A DNA stretch of 24,000 nucleotides. It comes from Phormidium tenue FACHB-886. Lineage in GTDB: Bacteria > Cyanobacteriota > Cyanobacteriia > Elainellales > Elainellaceae. Positions within the stretch are counted from its first letter, which is position 1. The number at the start of each line of letters is the position of its first letter. Made by a program: the position numbers and the translations under genes. Positions 14,409 to 22,039 of this stretch are shown here, one piece after another. The notes beneath the pieces are model-generated. The model was not told the DNA's origin. It did not search any database and saw nothing but the letters and a program-made list of their open reading frames with translations. Location of the stretch: NCBI GenBank assembly GCA_014764505.1, contig JACXWX010000010.1, positions 1 to 24,000 of the forward strand, given 5' to 3'.

Positions 14409-16094
14409 TTAAACTGTACCTAGCCCCCAATCCACAACCGCTGTTTTAGGAGCATAGTTGTCAAACCAGCTTACGACCTCCTGCAGGTCGCTCTTGCTAG
14501 TAACGCCAATACAGCCTACTGTTCCTGGCGAATAGCTATAGTTAGCATCAAGGTGAATGCCGATCGCCGATCGCTGAGTAGACATCTTCGGTTCAACTGC
14601 AACCCAAACGGGACCCAAGCCCTCGCCCCAAGAGCTAGAGTAATTACCCCGCGAAGACGCCCATTCCACAGCACCTAAGCTCCATTTTCCTTCAGGCAGC
14701 GGTTCCATAGACCCCGATCTGCTCTCGCCAGCCCTTTTGAAGGCTTGCCTACTCGCTACGCCTGATATGGTAGTTACTTTATCAACCACCTTGTTGCCAT
14801 TCATCAGCGCCAAGTCTAGGTTCTCCAGTCCATCTGAACCTTTAGTCTTTGTGCGTGTCAGCCGGAGAAAATAACCCTGTTCACCGTAGTTGGAACTGCT
14901 GCTACCGCCAGAAGAACCACCAGAAGAACCACCGGAGCTACCACCGGAGGAACCGCCGGAGCTACCGGGTTTGGGTCTAGGAAGGGGAGACCCACCGGAA
15001 GAACCGCCACTAGAACCACCGCTAGAACCACCGCTAGAACCACCGCTAGAACCGCCACTAGAGCCATTACTACCACCGCTGTTCTCGCTCAGCCCCAATG
15101 CACCTGTAGACATCTCCAAGGCATAGCGCATTTTAGCGCGACTGCTAGTAGAAACCTTGACATAAAATCTTCCCGTACCTAGCTGCCTGCTGATCGACTC
15201 AGCCGTGCCGCTCGTATTTGATGTAGCAATTTGATTGCCGTTGCGATCGAAAAGCTGAAGGCTAGCCTCTTGGCTGAGGTTGCGTAGCGAGAACTGTACC
15301 TTGCTGCTTTCAGACAAATCGAACTGATACACATCATCTCGATCTTTGCCGCCAATGACCCGTCGAAAGACACGCTGCGTTCGCGATAAATTGCCTGAAT
15401 CAAAAGCAGCGTCAATATCGCTTCCCGCGTCATTGGCAATCCCAGTTCCTTTCAGGTTTAGCGTATAGTCATTGTCGCCATTACCCGATACCTGCACATG
15501 ATACGTACCCGATCGCAGGCGATTGTTGATCTTACCTGTCCGCCCCACGCTCTTAATTTCGCTGCCATTTTCATCTAGCAGACGTAGCGACATGTTGCCA
15601 TTCGCATTCGACAGGGACAAATCCACCACCGTCTTGTTCGACACACTGAACTGGAAATAATCATCATTGTTACCAGTACTCAGCTTGTCCTTCCAGGTAT
15701 AGCGAGTCTTCCCGCTAACATCCCCAATGTTGTAGGCACTCTCCAGCGTATTGCGAACGAAATTGGAGCTGTTGAGCGATTGCACCTGAGTATCTAGCGA
15801 AGAGGTGCTGTTGCCGCCACCTAGATTCAAAAATCGAAAGCCATTGCTATTGCTGGATTTGCTAGAACTGCTGCGTCCCGATCGGGAAAAGTTTTGATGA
15901 GATTTGAGACTAGAATTCTGGAAATGACCCTGACTCGCTTGTATCCGTAGTTGGGGTGAAGTATTGAGCTGTCGGGTTTTCGACCCCGATGCTACGAAGT
16001 CTTGCGACATAAATCCTCCTGATAGCCTAAGCGCTGTATAAGCGAACAAATAGAACAGCCAGCACAAGAAGTGAGGGCGATCGGGACGCACCAT
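14409..16094 (-). CDS. Modular protein: S/N-rich N-terminus, two pre-peptidase C-terminal (PPC) domains, (GGSS)n linkers, and a C-terminal YkuD-fold / Tlde1-like L,D-transpeptidase-type domain
   Basis: PPC-like units are DDYFQFSV...LSLRLLDENG...GTYHVQVSG..DYTLNLKG and DDVYQFDL...ASLQLFDRNG...GRFYVKVST...YALEMS. The C-terminus has EPLPEGKWSLG and IGIH-x13-C within GTVGCIGV (His/Cys pair). The start is ambiguous: GTG 16118, ATG 16094 (gives a hydrophobic FLCWLFYLFAYTAL segment) or ATG 16010 (AGGAGG 4 nt upstream, no signal peptide). Confidence 0.7.
   Translation of the reverse strand: MVRPDRPHFLCWLFYLFAYTALRLSGGFMSQDFVASGSKTRQLNTSPQLRIQASQGHFQNSSLKSHQNFSRSGRSSSSKSSNSNGFRFLNLGGGNSTSSLDTQVQSLNSSNFVRNTLESAYNIGDVSGKTRYTWKDKLSTGNNDDYFQFSVSNKTVVDLSLSNANGNMSLRLLDENGSEIKSVGRTGKINNRLRSGTYHVQVSGNGDNDYTLNLKGTGIANDAGSDIDAAFDSGNLSRTQRVFRRVIGGKDRDDVYQFDLSESSKVQFSLRNLSQEASLQLFDRNGNQIATSNTSGTAESISRQLGTGRFYVKVSTSSRAKMRYALEMSTGALGLSENSGGSNGSSGGSSGGSSGGSSGGSSGGSSGGSPLPRPKPGSSGGSSGGSSGGSSGGSSGGSSSSNYGEQGYFLRLTRTKTKGSDGLENLDLALMNGNKVVDKVTTISGVASRQAFKRAGESRSGSMEPLPEGKWSLGAVEWASSRGNYSSSWGEGLGPVWVAVEPKMSTQRSAIGIHLDANYSYSPGTVGCIGVTSKSDLQEVVSWFDNYAPKTAVVDWGLGTV
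14892..15086. repeat. In-frame 12-bp tandem repeats encoding two (GGSS)n tracts that flank PLPRPKPG
   Basis: The plus strand shows reiterated GAACCACCGCTA / GAACCACCAGAA units. On the coding strand they encode GGSNGSSGGSSGGSSGGSSGGSSGGSSGGS-PLPRPKPG-SSGGSSGGSSGGSSGGSSGGSSSS. Confidence 0.9.
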
Positions 16095-16458
16095 GCCCGA
16101 TTCCCTGCAAAGATGCACGGATGCTATTAGGGAAATCTGGAGAACTTTGAGTAGGAAAGAACTTGAGTAGATGCGCTTCCCAACTCTAAGCTCAGCAATT
16201 TTCCTTTACCTGTGTGACAGTTGGATACATTGACATAGGCAAGCCAAAATAGTTCCGGAAAATGCGATCGATTTGTTAGCGCCAGATCTAGTGCCTCAAG
16301 CTAAAGTGGGAGACTGCATTTTGAAGAGAACTTTCTGCTTCTCTAAACTCTCCATTCCTGCCGGGCAACTGTTTTAGCCAGTGGAACTGCGATCGCTACC
16401 TTGCTTAGCTTTATGAGTCGCTGTGGTGGGGATTTGCCCTATTAGAGCATGCGCGCCC

Positions 16459-16492
16459 ACAGTATTGTGAATTCAACAGTATTGTGAATTCA
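16459..16492. repeat. Perfect 17-bp tandem duplication ACAGTATTGTGAATTCA x2
   Basis: Copies at 16459-16475 and 16476-16492. Copy 2 plus the next bases creates the 12-bp palindrome TGTGAATTCACA. It lies in the 616-bp divergent intergenic region. Confidence 0.9.
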
Positions 16493-16734
16493 CAAGATGG
16501 CATTGGGCTGCAGCAAGTTGGCATAGTCAGCTGCCGTCCCTATTGAGAATTCCAATTGACCATTGTTTGCACAGCCGTATCTTCGTCACAGTTGAGCGAA
16601 AGATTGGGCAAAATATAGGCTCAGATTATCTGTCACTGTGGGTTTCCCTGCGCTTTTCAAACTAGTTACCCATACTCAACTCTTCCGACAGCGACTAGAA
16701 TTGCCAGTGGTAAATCCTCCTCGCTTAAGTCTTC

Positions 16735-17994
16735 GTGGCACTTCCAAAATTCTTCTGTCTCTCCGGTCTCATCAGCGCCTGCCTGATCGCCACCCCCGCC
16801 GAAGCAGCCCGCCTACAATCCTGGAACTTCGACTCAACCCGCAATCAGCTGAATATTGTCACCGACGAATCTATCCAACCGATCGTCCAGATCATCGCCA
16901 ACCCAAGTCGTTTGGTCATCGACTTGCCCGGAACACGCTTTGGGCAGCCGCGCACCGAACAACAGCTTGGGCAACAAATTCGAGCCGTCCGAGTTGGACA
17001 ATTCAACGCCCATGCTACCCGGTTAGTAATCGAGCTAGCGCCAGGATATACCCTTGATCCAGACCAAGTGACTGTGCGCGGCGAGTCTACCAATCGCTGG
17101 GTCGTGGAGCTTGAAGTACAGCCAACTAGCGGCATCCAGCCGACAGAACCGCAGGCTGTTAACACAATTCCCGTCGCCGATCGCCGCTTCAGTGAAGCGA
17201 TCACCCTCAATCAGCCCTTTAACTGGCTACAGCAAAGAATATTTACTTTGGAATCTGAATACCCCGATTTAGATATCGGCATGTTCTTTCTGGATCTAGA
17301 AACGGGAAACTACTTAGATTTGGGTGGCGATCGGACTTTTCCCACCGCAAGTGTCATCAAGCTACCCATTTTGATCGCCTTTTTTCAGGACGTAGATGCC
17401 GGAAAAATCCGTTTAGATGAACGCTTGACCATGCGCTCAGATTTGGTTGCTTCTGGCTCGGGGGATCTGCAAGATCGTCCCGTGGGAACGCAGTTGACTG
17501 CGCTCGAAACTGCCACAAGAATGATCACGATCAGCGACAATACTGCCACAAATATGATCCTCGATCGCATGGGAGGCATACAGGTATTGAATCAGCGCTT
17601 CCGAAGTTGGGGGCTGCAAGACACTGTCATGAACGATATGCTGCCCGATCTCAGCGGCACCAACATCACAACCGCCAGAGATCTAGTCTATTTGCTAGGA
17701 CTGGTAAACCAAGGCAAACTGGTCTCATCCCAAAGCCAAACCCAGGCGATCGACATTCTCGGCCGCACCAGCACCCGGTCGCTCTTGCCTGCCGGCTTAG
17801 GAGCAGGCGCAACGATTGCCCACAAAACGGGTGATATTGGCTTTGCGATCGGCGATGCAGGCATCATTCAGATGCCAAACGGCAGGCAATATCTGGGAGC
17901 TGTCCTGCTAAAGCGTCCCTACAACGACCCCAGAGGCAGAGATTTTATTCGGCAAACTTCGCAGATCATCTACACGTATCTAAATCAGCTCTAA
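16735..17994 (+). CDS. AMIN-domain protein fused to a class-A beta-lactamase-fold serine hydrolase
   Basis: GTG start with signal peptide MALPKFFCLSGLISACLIATPAEA. AMIN-like region L.SW.FD...NQL.I.TD......I.NPSRLVIDLPGT.....IRAVRVGQF....TRLVIEL. The class-A triad is S206-V-I-K209, S267-D-N269 and K364-T-G366, with class-A-like spacing. Confidence 0.8.
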   Translation: MALPKFFCLSGLISACLIATPAEAARLQSWNFDSTRNQLNIVTDESIQPIVQIIANPSRLVIDLPGTRFGQPRTEQQLGQQIRAVRVGQFNAHATRLVIELAPGYTLDPDQVTVRGESTNRWVVELEVQPTSGIQPTEPQAVNTIPVADRRFSEAITLNQPFNWLQQRIFTLESEYPDLDIGMFFLDLETGNYLDLGGDRTFPTASVIKLPILIAFFQDVDAGKIRLDERLTMRSDLVASGSGDLQDRPVGTQLTALETATRMITISDNTATNMILDRMGGIQVLNQRFRSWGLQDTVMNDMLPDLSGTNITTARDLVYLLGLVNQGKLVSSQSQTQAIDILGRTSTRSLLPAGLGAGATIAHKTGDIGFAIGDAGIIQMPNGRQYLGAVLLKRPYNDPRGRDFIRQTSQIIYTYLNQL

Positions 17995-18025
17995 TTCAAA
18001 CTTTATCTGGCGCTACGCACATACG

Positions 18026-18062
18026 TTTAGTGGAGGGTAGGCAAAGCCTACCCTCCACTAAA
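18026..18062. terminator. 17-bp perfect hairpin between convergent genes
   Basis: TTTAGTGGAGGGTAGGC-AAA-GCCTACCCTCCACTAAA lies between the AMIN/beta-lactamase-fold gene (+) and the sigma factor gene (-). There is no separate U-tract, so its termination function is inferred. Confidence 0.55.
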
Positions 18063-18083
18063 GAAGGAACTTGCCTCGCTAAT

Positions 18084-19334
18084 CTAGCTCAGCGACTCCA
18101 AATAATCCCGCACTCGATTACGACGCTTGGGCTGGCGCAACTTTTGCAGCGCCTTTGCTTCAATTTGGCGGACTCGCTCACGCGACAGATCCAGCGCCCG
18201 ACCGATCTCTGCCAGCGAATAAGGCTGACCATCGCCCAAGCCAAAGCGCATCAGAATCACATCCCGTTCGCGGCTAGTCAGATCGGTGAGGAGCTGTTGT
18301 AGATCGCGGTGCAATGCTTCCCGCATCAACACTTCTTCTGGCGAGACATCTTCCGTTTCCAGCAGATCGCCCAATTCCGTGTCGCGCTCCTTGCCCACCT
18401 TTGTTTCCAGGGAAACTGCACGTGGCACTCGCAGCAGCACTTCCCGCACCTGCACAGGGGTCATGTCTAGCTCCACTGCCAGATCTTCGATCGTCGCCGT
18501 TCGCCCCTTCTCCTGTGAGATTTTGCGCTGCGCCTTCTTGATCTTGTTCAGCTTCTCGGTGATGTGAACAGGAAGGCGGATCGTACGGCTTTGCGTGGCG
18601 ATCGCTCTCGTAATCCCTTGGCGAATCCACCAGTATGCATAGGTGCTGAAGCGGTAGCCCTTAGTCGGGTCGAACTTTTCGACCGCCCGCTCTAGCCCCA
18701 GCGTTCCTTCCTGAATCAGGTCTAGCAGCTCCAGCCCTCGATTCTGGTATTTCTTCGCCACCGATACGACCAAACGCAGGTTCGCTTTGATCATGTGATC
18801 TTTGGCACGCGTTCCTTCCGTTTCGATCTGATCTAGCTCGGCAACGGTTAAGTTAGCCAGCTCTGCCCAGCGGCGCTTTCCGGCAGACAATGCAGGCTTC
18901 AGCTCTGCAACCGGAACTCCGGCGTCATGAGCCCAGCGCTCCCAAGAAGGGCGGTGTCCCAGGTTAGAAGCGAGGCGATCGTGGGTTTCGATCAGCTTGA
19001 CGAACTGCTGAATTTGGGCATCCATTTCAGCAGACTGAGTGCGCAGATCTACCAGGCGCATGTAGCGCTGAACGCTTTGAGCTTCAGAAACCTCTTCATC
19101 ACGTCCTAGCAGGCGAACCCGACCAATTTCCTGGAGGTATAGCCGCACGAGATCGGTGGTTCGTCGTCCAGCCGCTTTGCCAGGGGCGGTAAATTCTGCA
19201 TCCAAGTCTGCCATGTCGCGCTCGATGGCATCCTCATCCAGTTCTGCCCGATTCTCATCATTGCTGAACTGGAGGCTCACAACGTTGGAAGACTCATCGT
19301 ATTCGGCATCAGCGTAGAAGGGTTGTGCTGGCAT
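18084..19334 (-). CDS. RNA polymerase sigma-70 factor, RpoD/SigA family (group 2, SigC-like)
   Basis: 416 aa. Region 1.2 is DLVRLYLQEIGRVRLL. Region 2 is HMIKANLRLVVSVAKKYQNRGLELLDLIQEGTLGLERAVEKFDPTKGYRFSTYAYWWIRQ. Regions 3 and 4.2 include YSLAEIGRALDLSRERVRQIEAKALQKLR. The SigC-like assignment rests on length and the N-terminal MPAQPFYADA, recalled from memory. Confidence 0.9.
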   Translation of the reverse strand: MPAQPFYADAEYDESSNVVSLQFSNDENRAELDEDAIERDMADLDAEFTAPGKAAGRRTTDLVRLYLQEIGRVRLLGRDEEVSEAQSVQRYMRLVDLRTQSAEMDAQIQQFVKLIETHDRLASNLGHRPSWERWAHDAGVPVAELKPALSAGKRRWAELANLTVAELDQIETEGTRAKDHMIKANLRLVVSVAKKYQNRGLELLDLIQEGTLGLERAVEKFDPTKGYRFSTYAYWWIRQGITRAIATQSRTIRLPVHITEKLNKIKKAQRKISQEKGRTATIEDLAVELDMTPVQVREVLLRVPRAVSLETKVGKERDTELGDLLETEDVSPEEVLMREALHRDLQQLLTDLTSRERDVILMRFGLGDGQPYSLAEIGRALDLSRERVRQIEAKALQKLRQPKRRNRVRDYLESLS

Positions 19335-19893
19335 AGTACTTGCTCTATTGCTCCAGGTAACAAAGGGGGCTTTATCGACTTACCGCTAGTGTTCCCGTAA
19401 TCAGGAATCAATTCACTTCAGACTCACAAAAGTCGCCTAAAGTTCCGCCCAGAAGCCCACGCAGAAGGTAGGAAATAGGCGATCGCTTCGTCAAGCACAA
19501 GGCTTGCAACAGCGGCAGCTAGCGAGTCAAAACAGATCTAAAAACTCAAACAGGGAAGCACAACAGGAAATCTACAGCGAGTTGACTCAGGTCAACATAT
19601 ATTCTCTACATCTCTTGTATCGTCAATTCCTGAGCGGCTCTTTGAATTCTTGGTAGGGTCCGCATCAAGATGAAGTGAAGATCAGTAAAGATCAGAGAAT
19701 TGCCGAGTGGCGATAAACACTTATAGGGATCTATCTCTCAAACGCATAGAGATTATGCAATTGTGAAAACTTGCTTCCGCAACGTTTCCAGCCAATCATT
19801 TATACTTCACAAAGCGCAAAGTATGATCAGCAGAAATTGATCCCTTCATTTAAGACGTTCACCCAACGAAAGATGTTTCGGGATAATAAGGGG

Positions 19894-20766
19894 ATGAAGA
19901 AAATTCTGAAACTTCTTGCTTGGTCACTGGGGTTGCTGCTTTGGGCAGTTCCGGCGATCGCCCAAGCGCCAGATCCCTCTCCTTGGCGCTCATCTACCGG
20001 GGCTGTACTGGCTTCAGAAACCGTGTTAGCCGACTTGGCGCAGTCCTCCGTTGTTTACCTAGGCGAAACTCACGATCGCGCCGAAGACCACAAAGTGCAA
20101 CTGCAGACCATACAGGCGCTATCGCAGGTGCGGCCACAGGCAGCGATCGGGATGGAGATGTTTCAGCGCCCGTTTCAACCTGCGTTGGATCAGTACTTGG
20201 CTGGTGAAATTAGTGAAACAGAACTGCGGCAGCAGAGCCAATACGACCAGCGCTGGGGCTTTCCGTGGGAGTATTATTCCCCTATTTTGCAGTTTGCCAA
20301 AGCCAACCAGCTCCCCGTGCTAGCACTCAACACCCCCACCGAAATCACACGTCGTGTTGCACAGGTGGGACTGGAAGGACTCACTGCTGCCGAGCGCGAA
20401 CAGATTCCGCCCGCCTCTGAAATTGACCTGAGCAATGCTGCTTATCAACAGCGCGTTCAGGCAGTGTACGAACAGATCCACCAGGGGCACAGCGTCAGCA
20501 ACGGCTTTGAGAACTTCTTTATGGCACAAGTGCTATGGGATGAAACGATGGCAGAGACGATCGCCAACTTCCTCAAAGCCAACCCAGCCGATCCAGTGAT
20601 CGTTTTAGTGGGGCAAGGACATCTCTTTTATGGCGACGGCATCCCCAGCCGCGTAGCACGACGACTGCCAAAAGGCTTGCAGCAGCGATCGGTATTACTA
20701 AACCCTGAGGCAGCCACAGATGAATGGGATGAGCCGATCGCAGATTATCTGTATGAGTCGCAGTGA
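19894..20766 (+). CDS. ChaN-family (haem-binding uptake, Tiki/ChaN superfamily) secreted protein
   Basis: I prefer the ATG at 19894, which gives the signal peptide MKKILKLLAWSLGLLLWAVPAIAQA. VVYLGETHDRAEDHKVQLQTIQAL and ...VLVGQGHL... are typical ChaN/DUF399 motifs. The track ORF begins at 19771. Confidence 0.7.
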   Translation: MKKILKLLAWSLGLLLWAVPAIAQAPDPSPWRSSTGAVLASETVLADLAQSSVVYLGETHDRAEDHKVQLQTIQALSQVRPQAAIGMEMFQRPFQPALDQYLAGEISETELRQQSQYDQRWGFPWEYYSPILQFAKANQLPVLALNTPTEITRRVAQVGLEGLTAAEREQIPPASEIDLSNAAYQQRVQAVYEQIHQGHSVSNGFENFFMAQVLWDETMAETIANFLKANPADPVIVLVGQGHLFYGDGIPSRVARRLPKGLQQRSVLLNPEAATDEWDEPIADYLYESQ

Positions 20767-20770
20767 GGCT

Positions 20771-22027
20771 ATGTCAAGAAATTGGAACATTAAAGGGCTG
20801 GTTGCTTTTATCCTGAGTTTATGCCTGCTGTCTGGTTGTCAGCCCTCCCCGATCGATCCCGTGGTGCATCTCACTCTTTGGCATGGAGTCAACCCGCCGC
20901 CCAACCGCGACGTCCTGCAGAGATTAGTTGATGTTTTCAATCAACGCCATCCAGAGATTCAAGTAGAGTCGCTGTATGTCGGGCAGGGCGATCAGCAAAT
21001 TCCCAAAATTTTGGCGGCTGTTGTGGGAAACGTCCCGCCGCACTTGCTCTGGTATGCACCCATGATCACAGGTCAGCTCATAGAGCTGGACGCAATCCAG
21101 CCGTTAGAAGACTGGCTAAATGCTAGCCCCCTCCAAGACAACCTCGATCCAACGCTGCAAGAAGCGATCTCCTGGGAAGGGCACACCTGGGCAATTCCAT
21201 TCGATGTCAACAACTTAGGAATTTTTTATCGTCCAAGTTTATTTAAGGCAGCTGGTATTACCGAAATTCCTCAAACCTGGGATCAACTGCGGCAGGTTGC
21301 CAAACGGCTGACGATTCCAGCAAAAAATCAGCATGGGATGCTGTTGCCACTGGGAAAAGGCGAGTGGACAGTCTTCACCTGGCTACCGTTTTTATGGAGC
21401 GGCGGTGGCGAGCTGACAGCCGGATCAGCAATCCAGCTCGCTAATCCTGGTGCAATCACCGCCCTCCAGCTCTGGCAAGACCTGATTGCCGATGGCTCAG
21501 CAGTTTTATCGCAGCCCGAACGGGGCTATGAGCTAGATAGCTTTTTGGCGGGCAAAGTGGCAATGCAGCTAACAGGAGCCTGGACGCTGGGGCAACTGCA
21601 GCAAACCGGCGTTGATTTTGCCGTTATGCCGATTCCCACGGGAGCCAGACGCGCAACCAGTATTGGCGGTGAAAATCTATTCATCTTCAAGACCACACCG
21701 CAGGCAGAACAAGCCGCCAGAGTCTTTGCTGAATATGTTCTCAGCGAAGAGTTTCAGACTAAATGGGCGATCGGCACAGGCTATTTACCCGTGAACCTGA
21801 AAGCCCGCCAAAATCCTGCCTACCAGAACTTCGTTGCCCAGCAGCCCGCCCTCAAGGTCTTCCTTAAGCAAGCTCCCTATGGGCGATCGCGCCCCATCTT
21901 TCCGAACTACAACCGCCTTTCAGACAGCTTAGGGCGGGCGATTGAATCTGTTCTGCTGCAGAAAGCAACCCCAGAAGCCGCACTGAAAGCTGCCCAAGAT
22001 CGATTGGAGCTAGTTTTAGGGAAATAG
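20771..22027 (+). CDS. ABC transporter substrate-binding lipoprotein (family 1, sugar type)
   Basis: The ATG at 20771 gives MSRNWNIKGLVAFILSLCLLSGC with the lipobox LSGC. LTLWHG.....R..L..LV..FN..HPEIQV and the later GGENL motif are typical of carbohydrate SBPs. The start is 5 nt after the ChaN stop. No permease or ATPase gene is adjacent. Confidence 0.8.
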   Translation: MSRNWNIKGLVAFILSLCLLSGCQPSPIDPVVHLTLWHGVNPPPNRDVLQRLVDVFNQRHPEIQVESLYVGQGDQQIPKILAAVVGNVPPHLLWYAPMITGQLIELDAIQPLEDWLNASPLQDNLDPTLQEAISWEGHTWAIPFDVNNLGIFYRPSLFKAAGITEIPQTWDQLRQVAKRLTIPAKNQHGMLLPLGKGEWTVFTWLPFLWSGGGELTAGSAIQLANPGAITALQLWQDLIADGSAVLSQPERGYELDSFLAGKVAMQLTGAWTLGQLQQTGVDFAVMPIPTGARRATSIGGENLFIFKTTPQAEQAARVFAEYVLSEEFQTKWAIGTGYLPVNLKARQNPAYQNFVAQQPALKVFLKQAPYGRSRPIFPNYNRLSDSLGRAIESVLLQKATPEAALKAAQDRLELVLGK

Positions 22028-22039
22028 GGTTTAGAGTCC

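Noticed and set aside
14858-15126. ORFs 14858..15076 (-) and 14890..15126 (+), encoding poly-(VLA) and poly-(PPEE/PPLE)
   Set aside because: These are alternative-frame readings of the 12-bp (GGSS)n coding repeat, so they are artefacts of repeat periodicity.
16481-16496. TGTGAATTCACA as a CRP/NtcA-family binding site
   Set aside because: The CRP-type consensus is TGTGA-N6-TCACA and NtcA is GTA-N8-TAC. Here the half-sites are only 2 bp apart, so it does not fit either. It is kept only as an unexplained palindrome.
16638-17057. 139-aa plus-strand ORF overlapping the start of the AMIN/beta-lactamase-fold gene
   Set aside because: It is out of frame with a gene that has a clear signal peptide and domain motifs, and its own composition is Arg/Pro/Ser-rich, as expected for a shadow frame.
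18274-18630. Several 75-118-aa ORFs on both strands within the sigma factor gene
   Set aside because: The sigma-70 reading frame is unambiguous, with regions 1.2 to 4.2 all present. The others are shadow ORFs.
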